From positions 89,421 through 153,420 of the forward strand of contig CALXLG010000001.1 of NCBI GenBank assembly GCA_944389135.1: DNA of 64,000 nt, read 5' to 3'. Source of the stretch: an uncultured Alphaproteobacteria bacterium (GTDB taxonomy: Bacteria > Pseudomonadota > Alphaproteobacteria > Rs-D84). The notes under the pieces were generated by a model. That model worked only from the letters and a program-made list of their open reading frames with translations. It had not been told where the DNA came from and ran no database searches. Below, in pieces: positions 46,964 through 57,231 of the stretch. Made by a program: the position numbers and the translations under genes. How positions within the stretch are numbered: the stretch's first letter is position 1; each line of letters begins with the position of its first letter.

Positions 46964-47284
46964 TCAGGCTCCTTTTAATTCGTTTACCCATTGTGTTAAT
47001 GTTTCTTCGTCCATTAAACCTGTTCGTGCTTCTATCAGTTCACCGCCACGAAAAGCAAGTACGCTTGGTATGCTGCGTATGCCATATTTTGCAGGTGTTC
47101 GTCTGTTAGATTCGTCTATTTCAAATTTTACAAATTTTACATCTTTGATTTTTTCTGAAACTTCTTCAAAAATTGGTCCAAACATACGGCATGGACCGCA
47201 CCAAGATGCCCAGAAATCAACCAATGTTATACCTGAACCTAGTAATGATTCAAAGTTTGCGTCGTTTGCATGTTCTAAAGCCAT
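46964..47284 (-). CDS. trxA: thioredoxin
   Basis: 106 aa; WASWCGPCR active site. Confidence 0.9.
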   Translation of the reverse strand: MALEHANDANFESLLGSGITLVDFWASWCGPCRMFGPIFEEVSEKIKDVKFVKFEIDESNRRTPAKYGIRSIPSVLAFRGGELIEARTGLMDEETLTQWVNELKGA

Positions 47285-47359
47285 CTTTTTCTCCTTCTTT
47301 ATATTGATATTTCAGACGAGTGTATTATAATCAAGCCAAAAAGCAAGAGAAATCATAAA

Positions 47360-48475
47360 ATGAATAAAATCATATACTTAGATGCGGCTGCCAGTGCTTT
47401 GAAACCAGAAATCGTAATTAAAGCGGAAAAAGAATTTTTACAAAATGATTATGCAAATGCAGGACGTGGTATTTGTTCACGTGCTGCTGCAGTGGATAAA
47501 TCTTTGTTGGATGTGCGTAAAAAAGCTTGTGATTTTATTAATGCCGATTCGCCGTCTCAGATTATTTTTACTTCTGGTTCTACAGACGGTCTAAATAGAA
47601 TTGTTAATATATTAAATGCAAGTAATAAAATTAAAGAAGGGGCAGTCGTTGCTGTGTCTGACTTAGATCATCATAGTGCGCGCTTGCCATGGGTGGCATT
47701 TAAAGAAAAAAATATAAACGTTGTTATTTCGCCTTTGGACGATAATTGGAATTTTGATTTGGCTTTAATTCCAACGGCAGATATTATGGTAATAACAGCA
47801 ATGTCTAATGTTTTAGGAATGCCGATTGATGTGAAGGCTGTAATAGATGCGGCGCGTAAAAAAAATCCAGATGTTATAACTATTGTTGATGCAGCACAAT
47901 ATGTTGTTCACCAAGAAATAAATGCGAAAGATTGGGGGGCGGATTTTATATGTTTTTCTGGTCATAAAATAGGGGCAGATACAGGTGTTGGGGTTATGTA
48001 CATAAAAAATCCAGACGATTTTTATCCTGATAAATTTGGGGGCGGAATGGTTAATAAAATCTTAAATGAAAATGATTTTAATTTGAATGCCGCACCAGAT
48101 AAGTTTGAGGCAGGAACATTACCAATAACTCAAATTATTGGTATGGGCAAGGCAATTGATTATTTAAAAAATAATAGACCCAATTTGAATTTTATAAAAT
48201 ACATGTATGATGAGTTATCAAAAAATAGCAAAATTAAAATTTTAACAAGTCGTGATTCAACTTTGTTAACTTTTACTGTAAAAGATATGCATGTCTTAGA
48301 TTTTGGGGCTTTGATAGGGGCGCATAATGTGTGCTTGCGGGTAGGTAATATGTGTGCAGGTTGGATTCATAATGCACTTGGGGTATCTGGGTCAATTAGA
48401 ATTTCTGTTGGACCTTGGAATACAATGGATGAAATGAGAGACGTTGTTAATATAATAAATAAGATAGTAAAGTAA
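47360..48475 (+). CDS. sufS: cysteine desulfurase (class V aminotransferase, SufS/CsdA-like)
   Basis: 371 aa; PLP-lysine motif SGHKIG; followed by sufT and sufE-like genes. Confidence 0.75.
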   Translation: MNKIIYLDAAASALKPEIVIKAEKEFLQNDYANAGRGICSRAAAVDKSLLDVRKKACDFINADSPSQIIFTSGSTDGLNRIVNILNASNKIKEGAVVAVSDLDHHSARLPWVAFKEKNINVVISPLDDNWNFDLALIPTADIMVITAMSNVLGMPIDVKAVIDAARKKNPDVITIVDAAQYVVHQEINAKDWGADFICFSGHKIGADTGVGVMYIKNPDDFYPDKFGGGMVNKILNENDFNLNAAPDKFEAGTLPITQIIGMGKAIDYLKNNRPNLNFIKYMYDELSKNSKIKILTSRDSTLLTFTVKDMHVLDFGALIGAHNVCLRVGNMCAGWIHNALGVSGSIRISVGPWNTMDEMRDVVNIINKIVK

Positions 48476-48477
48476 TC

Positions 48478-48789
48478 ATGTTAAACAAAGAAGATATTAT
48501 TGCCGTATTAAAAAATATATATGACCCAGAAATACCAGTAAATATTTGGGATTTGGGGTTAATATATGATATCTCAATTCAAGAAAAAGAAGTCGTAATA
48601 ACGATGACTTTTACAAGTCCAACATGTCCGATGATGGAAGAATTATTAGAACAAGTTCGCGATTCGGTAAATCTTGTTTCTGGTGGTCGTGATGTAAAAG
48701 TAGAGCTTGTCTGGGACCCACCATGGGACTTGTCGCGTATGTCTGATGCTGCACGATTAGATTTAGATTTAACAGAGCAGGGGTGGTAG
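48478..48789 (+). CDS. sufT: Fe-S assembly protein SufT (DUF59/MIP18 family)
   Basis: 103 aa; YDPEIPVNIWDLGLIYDI and TSPTCP motifs of DUF59. Confidence 0.7.
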   Translation: MLNKEDIIAVLKNIYDPEIPVNIWDLGLIYDISIQEKEVVITMTFTSPTCPMMEELLEQVRDSVNLVSGGRDVKVELVWDPPWDLSRMSDAARLDLDLTEQGW

Positions 48790-49154
48790 TTATGACGTAT
48801 ACAGAGATGAAAAGAATTTTATTGATGATTGATAATCCTGTTGAAAAGCTAGAAGCTGTTATGGATTTTGGTGCAAATATGCCCGCAGTACCAGAAACTG
48901 CGCATTGTAATGAAATATTAGGGTGTTCTTCTTATGCAGAAATATGCATCGATGGTAATAGGTTTTATGGTCGGGCCGATTCGGGATTGGTACGTGGAAT
49001 TGTTGCTATTATAACAGCGATGGTTGATGGGAAAACACCTGAAGAAATAAAGAATATGGACTTAATTACAGAATTTAATTCGTTGAACATAAATTTAGGA
49101 ACAGGCAGATTAGGCGGGGTTAATTCTATGATTCGTTTTTTGAAAAATTTATGA
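48783..49154 (+). CDS. sufE: SufE-like sulfur acceptor protein
   Basis: 123 aa; conserved cysteine context ILGCSSYAEI resembling SufE GCQS motif. Confidence 0.6.
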   Translation: MVVMTYTEMKRILLMIDNPVEKLEAVMDFGANMPAVPETAHCNEILGCSSYAEICIDGNRFYGRADSGLVRGIVAIITAMVDGKTPEEIKNMDLITEFNSLNINLGTGRLGGVNSMIRFLKNL

Positions 49155-49174
49155 TAAACTAAGTTTTATAATAT

Positions 49175-49483
49175 GTGGGTGCGGATATGGGTGAAGATGA
49201 AAAAATGTTTCAAATAGGTTTGTGGTCATGTGTGCTTGTATCGGTTTTGGCTGCAATATTACAGGTTTGCTATAGAACCCAGAATCGCTCAAGAAATCAT
49301 ATTAGGTCGGAAATTGTTCGTACACAGCAAGATATCGCCGTTGCACAGGCGAATTTTGCTTCGTATGTAAGACCAGAAATTTTAAGAAATTTGGTTGTAA
49401 GTATCGCACCAAAATCAGAAGTTATTAGTTTTCATAAATCAGTTACTATTGATGCGCTGGAAGATAGAAAGCAAGAGCAATAA
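49175..49483 (+). CDS. putative cell-division protein FtsL-like
   Basis: 102 aa, single TM then coiled region; position immediately upstream of ftsI; start may be internal (MFQIGLW). Confidence 0.4.
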   Translation: MGADMGEDEKMFQIGLWSCVLVSVLAAILQVCYRTQNRSRNHIRSEIVRTQQDIAVAQANFASYVRPEILRNLVVSIAPKSEVISFHKSVTIDALEDRKQEQ

Positions 49484-51100
49484 ATGTTTGAAATAGGAAA
49501 GGATATTTTTAAACGTGGCTTTAATGGAGTGGTCGGAGATACGATTGCTAGGAAGCGTTTACGTTTTATTTATTCTTTGTTTATAATTGCGTTTGTCATA
49601 TTCATAGGGCGAACGCTTTGGCTGGGAATTCAGGGAACAGACAGGGCAAGATTGGCTGGTGCTGACGGAGAATGGGTCGTAAAACGGGCAGATATTGTTG
49701 ATAGAAACGGTGATATACTGGCCAAAAATATAATGTCTGGGCATATCACATTGCGACCGCAGGCTGTCAAAGATAGAGATAAAGTAGCAACAGTTATTCA
49801 TCAGGCTTTGCCATATGAATATTCTTTGGCAGAAGCGCTGAAGTTGGTAAACTCTTCACGACGTTTCATTTACCTTAAAAAATATGCTAGTGATGCTCAG
49901 CGTGATATAGTTGCAAAAGCTAAGTTGCAAGGTTTGGAAATAGAATCTATTCAGACACGAAAATATCCAAAACGCAGACTGTTTTCTCATGTCATTGGCT
50001 TTGTTGGAAATGATGGTCATGGACTGGAAGGGGTAGAGCGTACTTATGACGATTATTTACAAGAAAATTTAGACCCATTGCAATTGTCTTTAGATTCTAG
50101 AATTCAATCTGTTTTTTATGAACAGCTGTCTTTTGCAATGCAAAAATATCAGGCAAAAGCAGCAATGGGATTGTTAATGAATTCTCGTACTGGTGAAATG
50201 ATAGCAATGGTTTCATTACCTGATTTTGACCCAGAAAATTTAAACCTGGATTCTGCAAATAATAGGTTGTTTAAACCCATGCGCGGTGTTTTTGAAATGG
50301 GGTCTATCTTTAAAATATTTAATACTGCTATGGCAATGGAACATAATATAACTAAAGAATATTATGTTGCGGAACCTTTCCCAATAAAAGATAAATTCGG
50401 TCGCGTTGCTACCAGAATATCTGATGTTCGTAGTTTTAAGCCACCACGTCCAAATTTAACGATAGAAGAAATTATGCTGCATTCTTGTAATGCGGGAAGT
50501 GCTCAAATTGCGCTGGATTTACCTGATGGCACACAACAAGAATTCTTTCATCGTATACATATGGATGAACCGTTAACACTAGAATTTGGAAAAACAGAGC
50601 ATCCTTTGATGCCTGCTAAATGGGGACCCGTTGAAAGAGCAACTGTTTCGTTCGGTCATGGTATATCTGTAACGCCGATGCATTTATTGTTGGCAGTAAA
50701 TGCAATGACCAATGGTGGAATATATATTTATCCAACTTTATTAAAAAGAAATGTTGGCGTTGTTGAAGGGGAAAGGGTTTTGTCAGATGAAATTTCTGCA
50801 AGATTGCGTGGCGTAATGTTTCGTATAGCAGAAGAGACAAGTGGAAAGCAGGCCAGAATTGCAGGTATTCAAATTGGTGGTAAGACGGCAACCGCAGAAA
50901 AATATGGCTCTGGCGGGAAAAGAAACTTAACTGCATTTGCAGGAATCTTTCCTGTGTCTGCCCCTCAATATACAATTTTGGTTATTCTTGATGAACCAAA
51001 AGGTACAAAAGAATCTTGGGGGTGGAGAACTGCTGCTTGGAATGCTGTGCCTACAACGGGAAAAATTCTTGATAGTATACTGCCGTTGCTATTTGAATAA
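49484..51100 (+). CDS. ftsI: peptidoglycan D,D-transpeptidase FtsI (PBP3)
   Basis: 538 aa; N-terminal TM, SXXK (SIFK), SxN and KTG (GGKTATA) motifs. Confidence 0.85.
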   Translation: MFEIGKDIFKRGFNGVVGDTIARKRLRFIYSLFIIAFVIFIGRTLWLGIQGTDRARLAGADGEWVVKRADIVDRNGDILAKNIMSGHITLRPQAVKDRDKVATVIHQALPYEYSLAEALKLVNSSRRFIYLKKYASDAQRDIVAKAKLQGLEIESIQTRKYPKRRLFSHVIGFVGNDGHGLEGVERTYDDYLQENLDPLQLSLDSRIQSVFYEQLSFAMQKYQAKAAMGLLMNSRTGEMIAMVSLPDFDPENLNLDSANNRLFKPMRGVFEMGSIFKIFNTAMAMEHNITKEYYVAEPFPIKDKFGRVATRISDVRSFKPPRPNLTIEEIMLHSCNAGSAQIALDLPDGTQQEFFHRIHMDEPLTLEFGKTEHPLMPAKWGPVERATVSFGHGISVTPMHLLLAVNAMTNGGIYIYPTLLKRNVGVVEGERVLSDEISARLRGVMFRIAEETSGKQARIAGIQIGGKTATAEKYGSGGKRNLTAFAGIFPVSAPQYTILVILDEPKGTKESWGWRTAAWNAVPTTGKILDSILPLLFE

Positions 51101-51141
51101 TTTTTGATTATAATATCTACGATAATAAAAAAGAGTAAAGC

Positions 51142-52899
51142 GTGAGAAATATTGTAGATAAGTCCATGTTGGGTAAAACGTGGACGGTGGCGACGTATCA
51201 GGATGAAAATTTGGACAAGTCAGATGATTTGTTAAAAAAAATACTTGTTAGTCGTGGTATTACCGATGAAGCGGCCGTAGAAAAATTTTTGAATCCAAGT
51301 ATAAAAGAATATATGCCTGATCCATATGTATTAAAAGATATGGACAAGGCGGTAAAGATAATTGCTGATTCAATTTTAAGTAATGAAAAAATTGCAATAT
51401 ATGGCGATTATGATGTGGATGGCATTACAGCAACGGCTATTTTTGTAAAATATTTACGTGCTTTGGGCGTTGATGTGATTTGGCATTTGCCAACACGTGA
51501 AGGTGAGGGGTATGGTTTAAACACAGGCGCAATAGATGAAATTATTAGTGCAGGTGCCAGCTTATTAATAAGTGTAGATTGTGGTATCAGTGGGGTCAAA
51601 GAAGTTGAATATGCAAGAAGTCATGGATTGAAAGTCGTGATTACAGACCATCATTCGCCAGATAATGTGTTGCCGGATGCAGAAGCTGTCGTTAACCCAA
51701 AACGTTTAGATGATTCGTCTGATTTGAATTATTTGGCAGGTGTTGGGGTTGCTTTCTTGACACTGGTCGGGGTGCGGCGTGAATTAAAATCTCGTGATGT
51801 AAGTCCAGAATTCGCGAAGCGTTTAGATGATAATAATTTAATGAATTATCTAGATTTAGTCGCACTGGGGACTATATGCGATACTATGCCTTTAATTGGT
51901 TTGAACCGGGCTTTTGTTGCAACGGGGCTAAAAGTTTTGGGGTTGCGTAATAATCTGGGGCTTCGTGTGTTAATGGATATTGCCGGAATTAAAAAGCCGT
52001 CTGTTTATGCAGCTGGTTTTGCGCTGGGACCAAGGTTAAATGCGGCTGGACGCTTAGATTCTGCAACACCTGCGTTAGAGTTGCTGTTAACTGATAATCC
52101 TTTGATTGCTAATGATTTAGCGCAACGTTTACACAAAATGAATCAAGAGCGTATAGATATTCAAAACGCTATTATGATTTGTGCAACAGATATGGCACAA
52201 AGTTGTTGCGATAAAGGTAAAAGCAGTTTGTTCGTTTGTGGTGACAATTGGCATGGTGGGGTAATGGGGATAATTGCCGGTCGCTTAAAAGATAAATATA
52301 ATTTACCTTCTTGTGTGGCTACGCGGTGTGATGGAATTATAAATGGTTCTGGACGTTCAATACCGGGTATTGATTTAGGTAAAATAATTCATGATGCTTT
52401 GGCTGCTGGGGTTATTACAGAAGGTGGGGGACATGCCGCGGCTGCAGGTTTCTCGTTGCCAGCAGAAAAAGAAAAAGAATTTTGCGAGTTCTTGGAAAAT
52501 GCAGTTAAACAGCAATTAAATGGTGAAGTGCCACACACAGATATTGTCGTTGATGCAGAATTAGATGCAGGCAGTGCAAATATGAAACTTATAAATAAGC
52601 TTTCTGCGCTGGAACCTTTTGGTCAAGGAAATCCAGAACCTGTGTTGGTATTACATGGGGCGACCCTTAGATATGCCAGCATAATGGGACGCGGAAACCA
52701 CTTGCGTGGTACGGTCGGGACAAGTAATGGCGGGCAATTATCTTTTGTTGGGTTTAATTTGGTTGGTACCGCGGTCGGTGATTTTTTGCTGGACGAGGCA
52801 AATGTAAACACTAAAATAATGTTGTTAGGAAAACTAAAAGAAAATGAGTATAACGGTCATGTAAGCGCTCAGTTCTTAATAGAAGACATTGCAATTTAA
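51142..52899 (+). CDS. recJ: single-stranded-DNA-specific exonuclease RecJ
   Basis: 585 aa (GTG start); DHH motifs (YGDYDVDGITA, ITDHH) and DHHA1 region GGGHAAAAG. Confidence 0.9.
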   Translation: MRNIVDKSMLGKTWTVATYQDENLDKSDDLLKKILVSRGITDEAAVEKFLNPSIKEYMPDPYVLKDMDKAVKIIADSILSNEKIAIYGDYDVDGITATAIFVKYLRALGVDVIWHLPTREGEGYGLNTGAIDEIISAGASLLISVDCGISGVKEVEYARSHGLKVVITDHHSPDNVLPDAEAVVNPKRLDDSSDLNYLAGVGVAFLTLVGVRRELKSRDVSPEFAKRLDDNNLMNYLDLVALGTICDTMPLIGLNRAFVATGLKVLGLRNNLGLRVLMDIAGIKKPSVYAAGFALGPRLNAAGRLDSATPALELLLTDNPLIANDLAQRLHKMNQERIDIQNAIMICATDMAQSCCDKGKSSLFVCGDNWHGGVMGIIAGRLKDKYNLPSCVATRCDGIINGSGRSIPGIDLGKIIHDALAAGVITEGGGHAAAAGFSLPAEKEKEFCEFLENAVKQQLNGEVPHTDIVVDAELDAGSANMKLINKLSALEPFGQGNPEPVLVLHGATLRYASIMGRGNHLRGTVGTSNGGQLSFVGFNLVGTAVGDFLLDEANVNTKIMLLGKLKENEYNGHVSAQFLIEDIAI

Positions 52900-52902
52900 T
52901 AT

Positions 52903-53859
52903 ATGGATAAAGAAGCTATAAAAAACTTTGTTGAAAAAATAAAATCTGCGAAATCTATCGCGATTGCTGGACATAAAAATCCAGATGGCGATTCGTTGTG
53001 TTCTGTTTTGGCTTTGGCACGATTGATAGAGTTAAATTTTTCTAAGAAGCCTGTTTGTGTATATGACGGTAATATTCCTGATTGTTTAGATGGTGTTCCA
53101 TATAGAAAAAGCATTAAGTATTTTGAACATATAGATAAAACAGTACCTTTTGATTTGGCGATAATCTTAGATTATGGAACAGAAAATCACATAGGCGGAT
53201 TTCAGCCTGTAATTGAAAATGCAAAAAATGTTTTAGAAATAGACCATCATAAAAATGATACGCCGATTGCTGATGTTGGTTTAAATAATGAACATGCATC
53301 TGCTGTTGGCGAGATTATATATGATATTATGCATGGTTTGAACTGGAAGTATGATTTAGATGTTTTAGAATTAATTGCGACATCAATCTTAACAGATACG
53401 GGTAATTTTAAATATGCAAGAAGTGGTAAAAGTTTGCGCGTTATGGCAGATTTAGTGGATAACGGTGTTTGCATAGAAAAAATTTCAAATTTGTTGAATA
53501 ATAAGCCTAGAAAGACTGTGATAATGGAAGCTGGGGTTGCAGCAAACGCAGAATTCTTTTATCAAGGGCGTTTGGTTGTTGCAACAATAGATAAGAAAAA
53601 TTATAAAAATTTGGATGGTCGTGGGGAAACTGTATTAAATATTCTAGGTCAGATAAAAGGTGTAGAATTTATCGCTTTGTTAAAACATCAGAAAGAAAAT
53701 CAAACGGGTGTTTCTTTACGTAGCCGTACAAAAGCCATAACGCATATTGCGGTTGCTATTGGTGGTGGTGGGCACTCGCATGCAGCTGGGGCCGTTGTCC
53801 AAGATAATCTAGAAAACGTAAAGAAAAAATTAATAGAATTATTTAAGGGAGAGAAATGA
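52903..53859 (+). CDS. nrnA: DHH-family oligoribonuclease/pAp phosphatase NrnA-like
   Basis: 318 aa; GHKNPDGDS, DHH motif IDHHKND, DHHA1 GGGGHSHAAG. Confidence 0.75.
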   Translation: MDKEAIKNFVEKIKSAKSIAIAGHKNPDGDSLCSVLALARLIELNFSKKPVCVYDGNIPDCLDGVPYRKSIKYFEHIDKTVPFDLAIILDYGTENHIGGFQPVIENAKNVLEIDHHKNDTPIADVGLNNEHASAVGEIIYDIMHGLNWKYDLDVLELIATSILTDTGNFKYARSGKSLRVMADLVDNGVCIEKISNLLNNKPRKTVIMEAGVAANAEFFYQGRLVVATIDKKNYKNLDGRGETVLNILGQIKGVEFIALLKHQKENQTGVSLRSRTKAITHIAVAIGGGGHSHAAGAVVQDNLENVKKKLIELFKGEK

Positions 53860-54470
53860 AAAAAATAATTTATGCATTGTCTGCTTTCTTTTTTTGTTTT
53901 CCTGCAATCGCAGCGGTTGATTCTGCTTTGGTTAATTCTGCTGAAAAATATTTGAATTCTATAACAGGATTAACGGGCGGTTTTACGCAAACTGCAAATG
54001 GAAAATCAGAAACAGGAACTTTTTCAATGTTACGCCCAGGGCGTGTTCGCTTGGATTACGATAATATGCCAGTGCAGTTAATTGCGGATGGTAAAGATTT
54101 ATATTTTTTTGATAAATCTCTTGATCAGATAACAACGGTTCCGTTGACAAGTACGCCAGCAGGAATTTTAATTAGAAAAAATATAGATTTACAAAATGCC
54201 GATATAAATGTTTATGAAACAGAAAGCGGTAAAAATACTTTCTTGTTAAAAATGAATTTGCGTGGTCAAGAAGGTTTGGGAAATATGACGGTTGTTTTTG
54301 ATAAAAGCCCAGTAAAACTTAATTCTTGGAGTGTTGTTGATGCAACCGGGGCGAAAACAGATGTTTCTTTCTCTGGCTTAAAAACTAAAACAAATTTTGG
54401 CAGTGATTATTTCCAAATTCAAAGACATAAAACTATAAGTACAAGTGGTGGCGATTCGTTCTACGATTAA
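53856..54470 (+). CDS. lolA: outer-membrane lipoprotein carrier protein LolA
   Basis: 204 aa; signal peptide; GGFTQTANGKSETGTFSMLRPGRVRLDY matches LolA core. Confidence 0.65.
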   Translation: MKKIIYALSAFFFCFPAIAAVDSALVNSAEKYLNSITGLTGGFTQTANGKSETGTFSMLRPGRVRLDYDNMPVQLIADGKDLYFFDKSLDQITTVPLTSTPAGILIRKNIDLQNADINVYETESGKNTFLLKMNLRGQEGLGNMTVVFDKSPVKLNSWSVVDATGAKTDVSFSGLKTKTNFGSDYFQIQRHKTISTSGGDSFYD

Positions 54471-54789
54471 AATGTTTGGAATAAGTTGGGCAGAATTTTT
54501 AGTGATTTTATTAGTTGGTGTGGTGGTTATTCCTGCACGTATGTGGCCTGATGTTGCTAAGTTTTTAGCCCGTGCTGTAAGCTTTATTAGAAATTTGGTA
54601 TGGAAAATATCTGATGCGTCCGAACAAATAAAGAATCAGATTGATTTAGAAAAGCCTATTGATGATTTAATTCGTACTACAACGGATGATGTGTTAGCCG
54701 ATTTTTCAACGCCACTTAAAAAAATAAAAGCAAAACAGATTAAAACAACAAAGAAAAGCAGAACGAAAAAAAGCAAGGTGGCTAAATGA
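54445..54789 (+). CDS. tatB: twin-arginine translocase subunit TatB
   Basis: 114 aa; MFGISWAEFLVILLVGVVVI TM + amphipathic helix; directly upstream of tatC. Confidence 0.75.
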   Translation: MVAIRSTIKMFGISWAEFLVILLVGVVVIPARMWPDVAKFLARAVSFIRNLVWKISDASEQIKNQIDLEKPIDDLIRTTTDDVLADFSTPLKKIKAKQIKTTKKSRTKKSKVAK

Positions 54790-55496
54790 AAAAAATGACG
54801 CTGGGACAGCATTTTGTGGAATTGCGCCGCCGTATTTTATGGACTTTGGGAATATTTGTTTTTGCCTTAGTGGTGGGGTGGTATGTATCGCCTTTGTTGC
54901 AAGAATTTTTAACAAAACCGTTATTAAATGTATGGGGTGACGGGACGTTGCTATACAGTGGGTTGGCAGACGGGTTAATGATTCGTTTTTCTTTATCTGT
55001 TTTGTTTGCTTTGTTTATTACAACGCCATTTGCTTTGTGGCAAATATGGGAATATATTTCGCCCGGACTACATAATAATGAAAAGAATTTTATCTTGCCG
55101 ATTTTAGTTTGCTCGCCGATATTATTTTTAATCGGGGCAGGGTTCGCTTTTTATATATTGTTTCCTTTTGTCTTTGGTTTCTTTATTGAATTAAATCAAT
55201 CTGCACCTGTACCGGCAGTTGTCTTGCCGGTTGCAAAAGATTATTTGTCTTTTGCAATTGGTATGCTAAAAGTTTTTGGTTTGGCTTTTCAGTTGCCCTT
55301 GGTGCTGATTTTGTTGAATAGAGTAGGGGTTCTATCAAAATCTTATGCAATAAAAATGCGCAGATATGTTATTGTCTTTATTGTTATTGCTGCAGCTGTG
55401 TTAACACCACCAGATGTGGTTTCACAAATTTTATTAGCTTTACCAATGTGGTTTTTGTTTGAGCTTAGCATATTTTTTATGCGCAAGGATAAATAA
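54786..55496 (+). CDS. tatC: twin-arginine translocase subunit TatC
   Basis: 236 aa; LGQHFVELRRR N-terminus, 6 TM. Confidence 0.9.
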   Translation: MKKMTLGQHFVELRRRILWTLGIFVFALVVGWYVSPLLQEFLTKPLLNVWGDGTLLYSGLADGLMIRFSLSVLFALFITTPFALWQIWEYISPGLHNNEKNFILPILVCSPILFLIGAGFAFYILFPFVFGFFIELNQSAPVPAVVLPVAKDYLSFAIGMLKVFGLAFQLPLVLILLNRVGVLSKSYAIKMRRYVIVFIVIAAAVLTPPDVVSQILLALPMWFLFELSIFFMRKDK

Positions 55497-55543
55497 CACG
55501 CAAGTGTGTTTATTTATATTATAAATTGTGATATAATTACGCT

Positions 55544-56911
55544 GTGAAAAAAATCATTAGGTTTTATATGGTCGTGACTATGGGGGCACTTTTGTGCAGC
55601 TGTGATTTGCAACCAAAAATAGTTTCTTTCCCAGATACTGTCGGTGATTTTATATCTGCAAGATATCCTGCATTGTTGGCAGACCCTGAAACACAACCAG
55701 AAATTTATAATTCTGCGGTTACAGACTATGGGGTATATGCATCTCCGACTTTATACGGTTCTGTTGAAAATGCGGATTATGTTGAATATGCAAGCGTAAA
55801 CGATTATATCGTACCCCCACAAGAAGATGCTGCTGCTATATACGGGACAGAACCTGTAAGTGTTGCTGAGACAGATTCTGGTGAACCGATATTTAGTGAA
55901 CCAGAGGTTATAGCAACGGCAGAGGAAGAATATTTACAGGTCCCTATGTATGGTGGAATAAAGACCGTAGAAACAGAAAAAGAGATAATAGTTCAACCCG
56001 GTGATACGTTATATTCGTTGGCTAAAAAGCATGGAATGAAGGCGGAAGAACTTGCAAAATTAAATGGTTTGGTTGCCCCGTATACTCTTTCTGTTGGACA
56101 AAAACTTAACATAAAAGAAGTAAAAGAAACGAATGTCGTTCAAACAGTTAAAGTCCCCGCAGAACAAAGTCTTTACACAAAAGAACCTGTGCAAACAAAA
56201 ACACGTGTGAACTTGCAAGAAATTACAGTTAATGCAGGGGATACTTTATATTCTATCTCTCGTAAGTATTCAATACCTGTAAATGATTTGGCTGTAATGA
56301 ATGATTTGCGTGCGCCATTTACTTTAACTGTCGGGCAAAAACTTAAAGTTCCAGATGTTAAAACTGTCGCGGCAAAAACTGCGCCTGTTGTAACGACTTA
56401 TACGAAAGTGCCAGAAACAAAAGATACAGTTCAGAAAAAACAAACTGTTTCTTCACAACCGGCGGTTACTAAGACAAAGCAAAAGATTTCGTCTGATCCA
56501 ACTAAGAAATTGCCAAAGCTTAGTGCACGTTCTTCGTCAAAATTTTCTTGGCCAGTACGTGGTAAGATATTATCTAATTATGGTGCAAAATCGGGTGGTT
56601 TGTTTAATGACGGGATAAATATTGGTGCAAAGAAAGGTACTGCTGTAAAAGCTGCTGAAAATGGTGTTGTTGCATATGCTGGTAATGAAGTAAAAGGGAT
56701 GGGAAATTTAATAATTATACAGCATTCTGGTGGTTGGATGACTGTGTACGCGCATATGGATAATATGGTTGTGCGTCGTGGTTCGAAAGTATCTGTTGGA
56801 CAAAAAATAGGTACTGTTGGTGAAACAGGGAAGGTTGATGAACCGCAATTGCATTTTGAGATACGTAAAGGTACTAAAGCTTATAACCCAACGTCTTATT
56901 TGAAAAAGTAA
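55544..56911 (+). CDS. LysM-domain M23 metalloendopeptidase (NlpD-like)
   Basis: 455 aa; two LysM repeats (GDTLYSLAKKHG..., GDTLYSISRKYS...) and C-terminal M23 motifs (GINIGAKKGTAV, HSGGWMTVYAH). Confidence 0.85.
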   Translation: MKKIIRFYMVVTMGALLCSCDLQPKIVSFPDTVGDFISARYPALLADPETQPEIYNSAVTDYGVYASPTLYGSVENADYVEYASVNDYIVPPQEDAAAIYGTEPVSVAETDSGEPIFSEPEVIATAEEEYLQVPMYGGIKTVETEKEIIVQPGDTLYSLAKKHGMKAEELAKLNGLVAPYTLSVGQKLNIKEVKETNVVQTVKVPAEQSLYTKEPVQTKTRVNLQEITVNAGDTLYSISRKYSIPVNDLAVMNDLRAPFTLTVGQKLKVPDVKTVAAKTAPVVTTYTKVPETKDTVQKKQTVSSQPAVTKTKQKISSDPTKKLPKLSARSSSKFSWPVRGKILSNYGAKSGGLFNDGINIGAKKGTAVKAAENGVVAYAGNEVKGMGNLIIIQHSGGWMTVYAHMDNMVVRRGSKVSVGQKIGTVGETGKVDEPQLHFEIRKGTKAYNPTSYLKK

Positions 56912-56924
56912 ATTTTATAAAATA

Positions 56925-56953
56925 AAAAACCGCATTGTGCGGTTTTAATTTTT
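56925..56953. terminator. terminator after M23 peptidase gene, abutting 3' end of tRNA-Lys
   Basis: AAAAAACCGCATTGTGCGGTTTTAATTTTTT. Confidence 0.55.
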
Positions 56954-56954
56954 T

Positions 56955-57029
56955 GGTGGGCGCGCAGGGATTCGAACCCTGGACCCACTGATTAAGAGTC
57001 AGTTGCTCTACCAACTGAGCTACGCACCC
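56955..57029 (-). tRNA. tRNA-Lys (anticodon CUU)
   Basis: Reverse complement folds as cloverleaf: acceptor GGGTGCG/CGCGCCC (one G-U), D-arm GCTC-AGTTGGTA-GAGC, anticodon stem ACTGA/TCAGT with loop CTCTTAA (U33-CUU-A37), T-arm CAGGG-TTCGAAT-CCCTG, 3' CCA encoded. Confidence 0.85.
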
Positions 57030-57231
57030 GAGGGTCTTTTTATTTTTTTGACTCAGCGATTATAGACTTTTTTAGCTTAAATGCAAGTATTTATGTCATT
57101 ATTATTTTTTTTTACAAACGAAACTAGGCTTTTTGTCTCAGGTATCCATACCTATGCAAAGTTTTAAAAAGCTTTGATAGAATTACGACGTTGACATGAA
57201 ATAAAAATTATTTAACCAAAAAGGAGAGAAA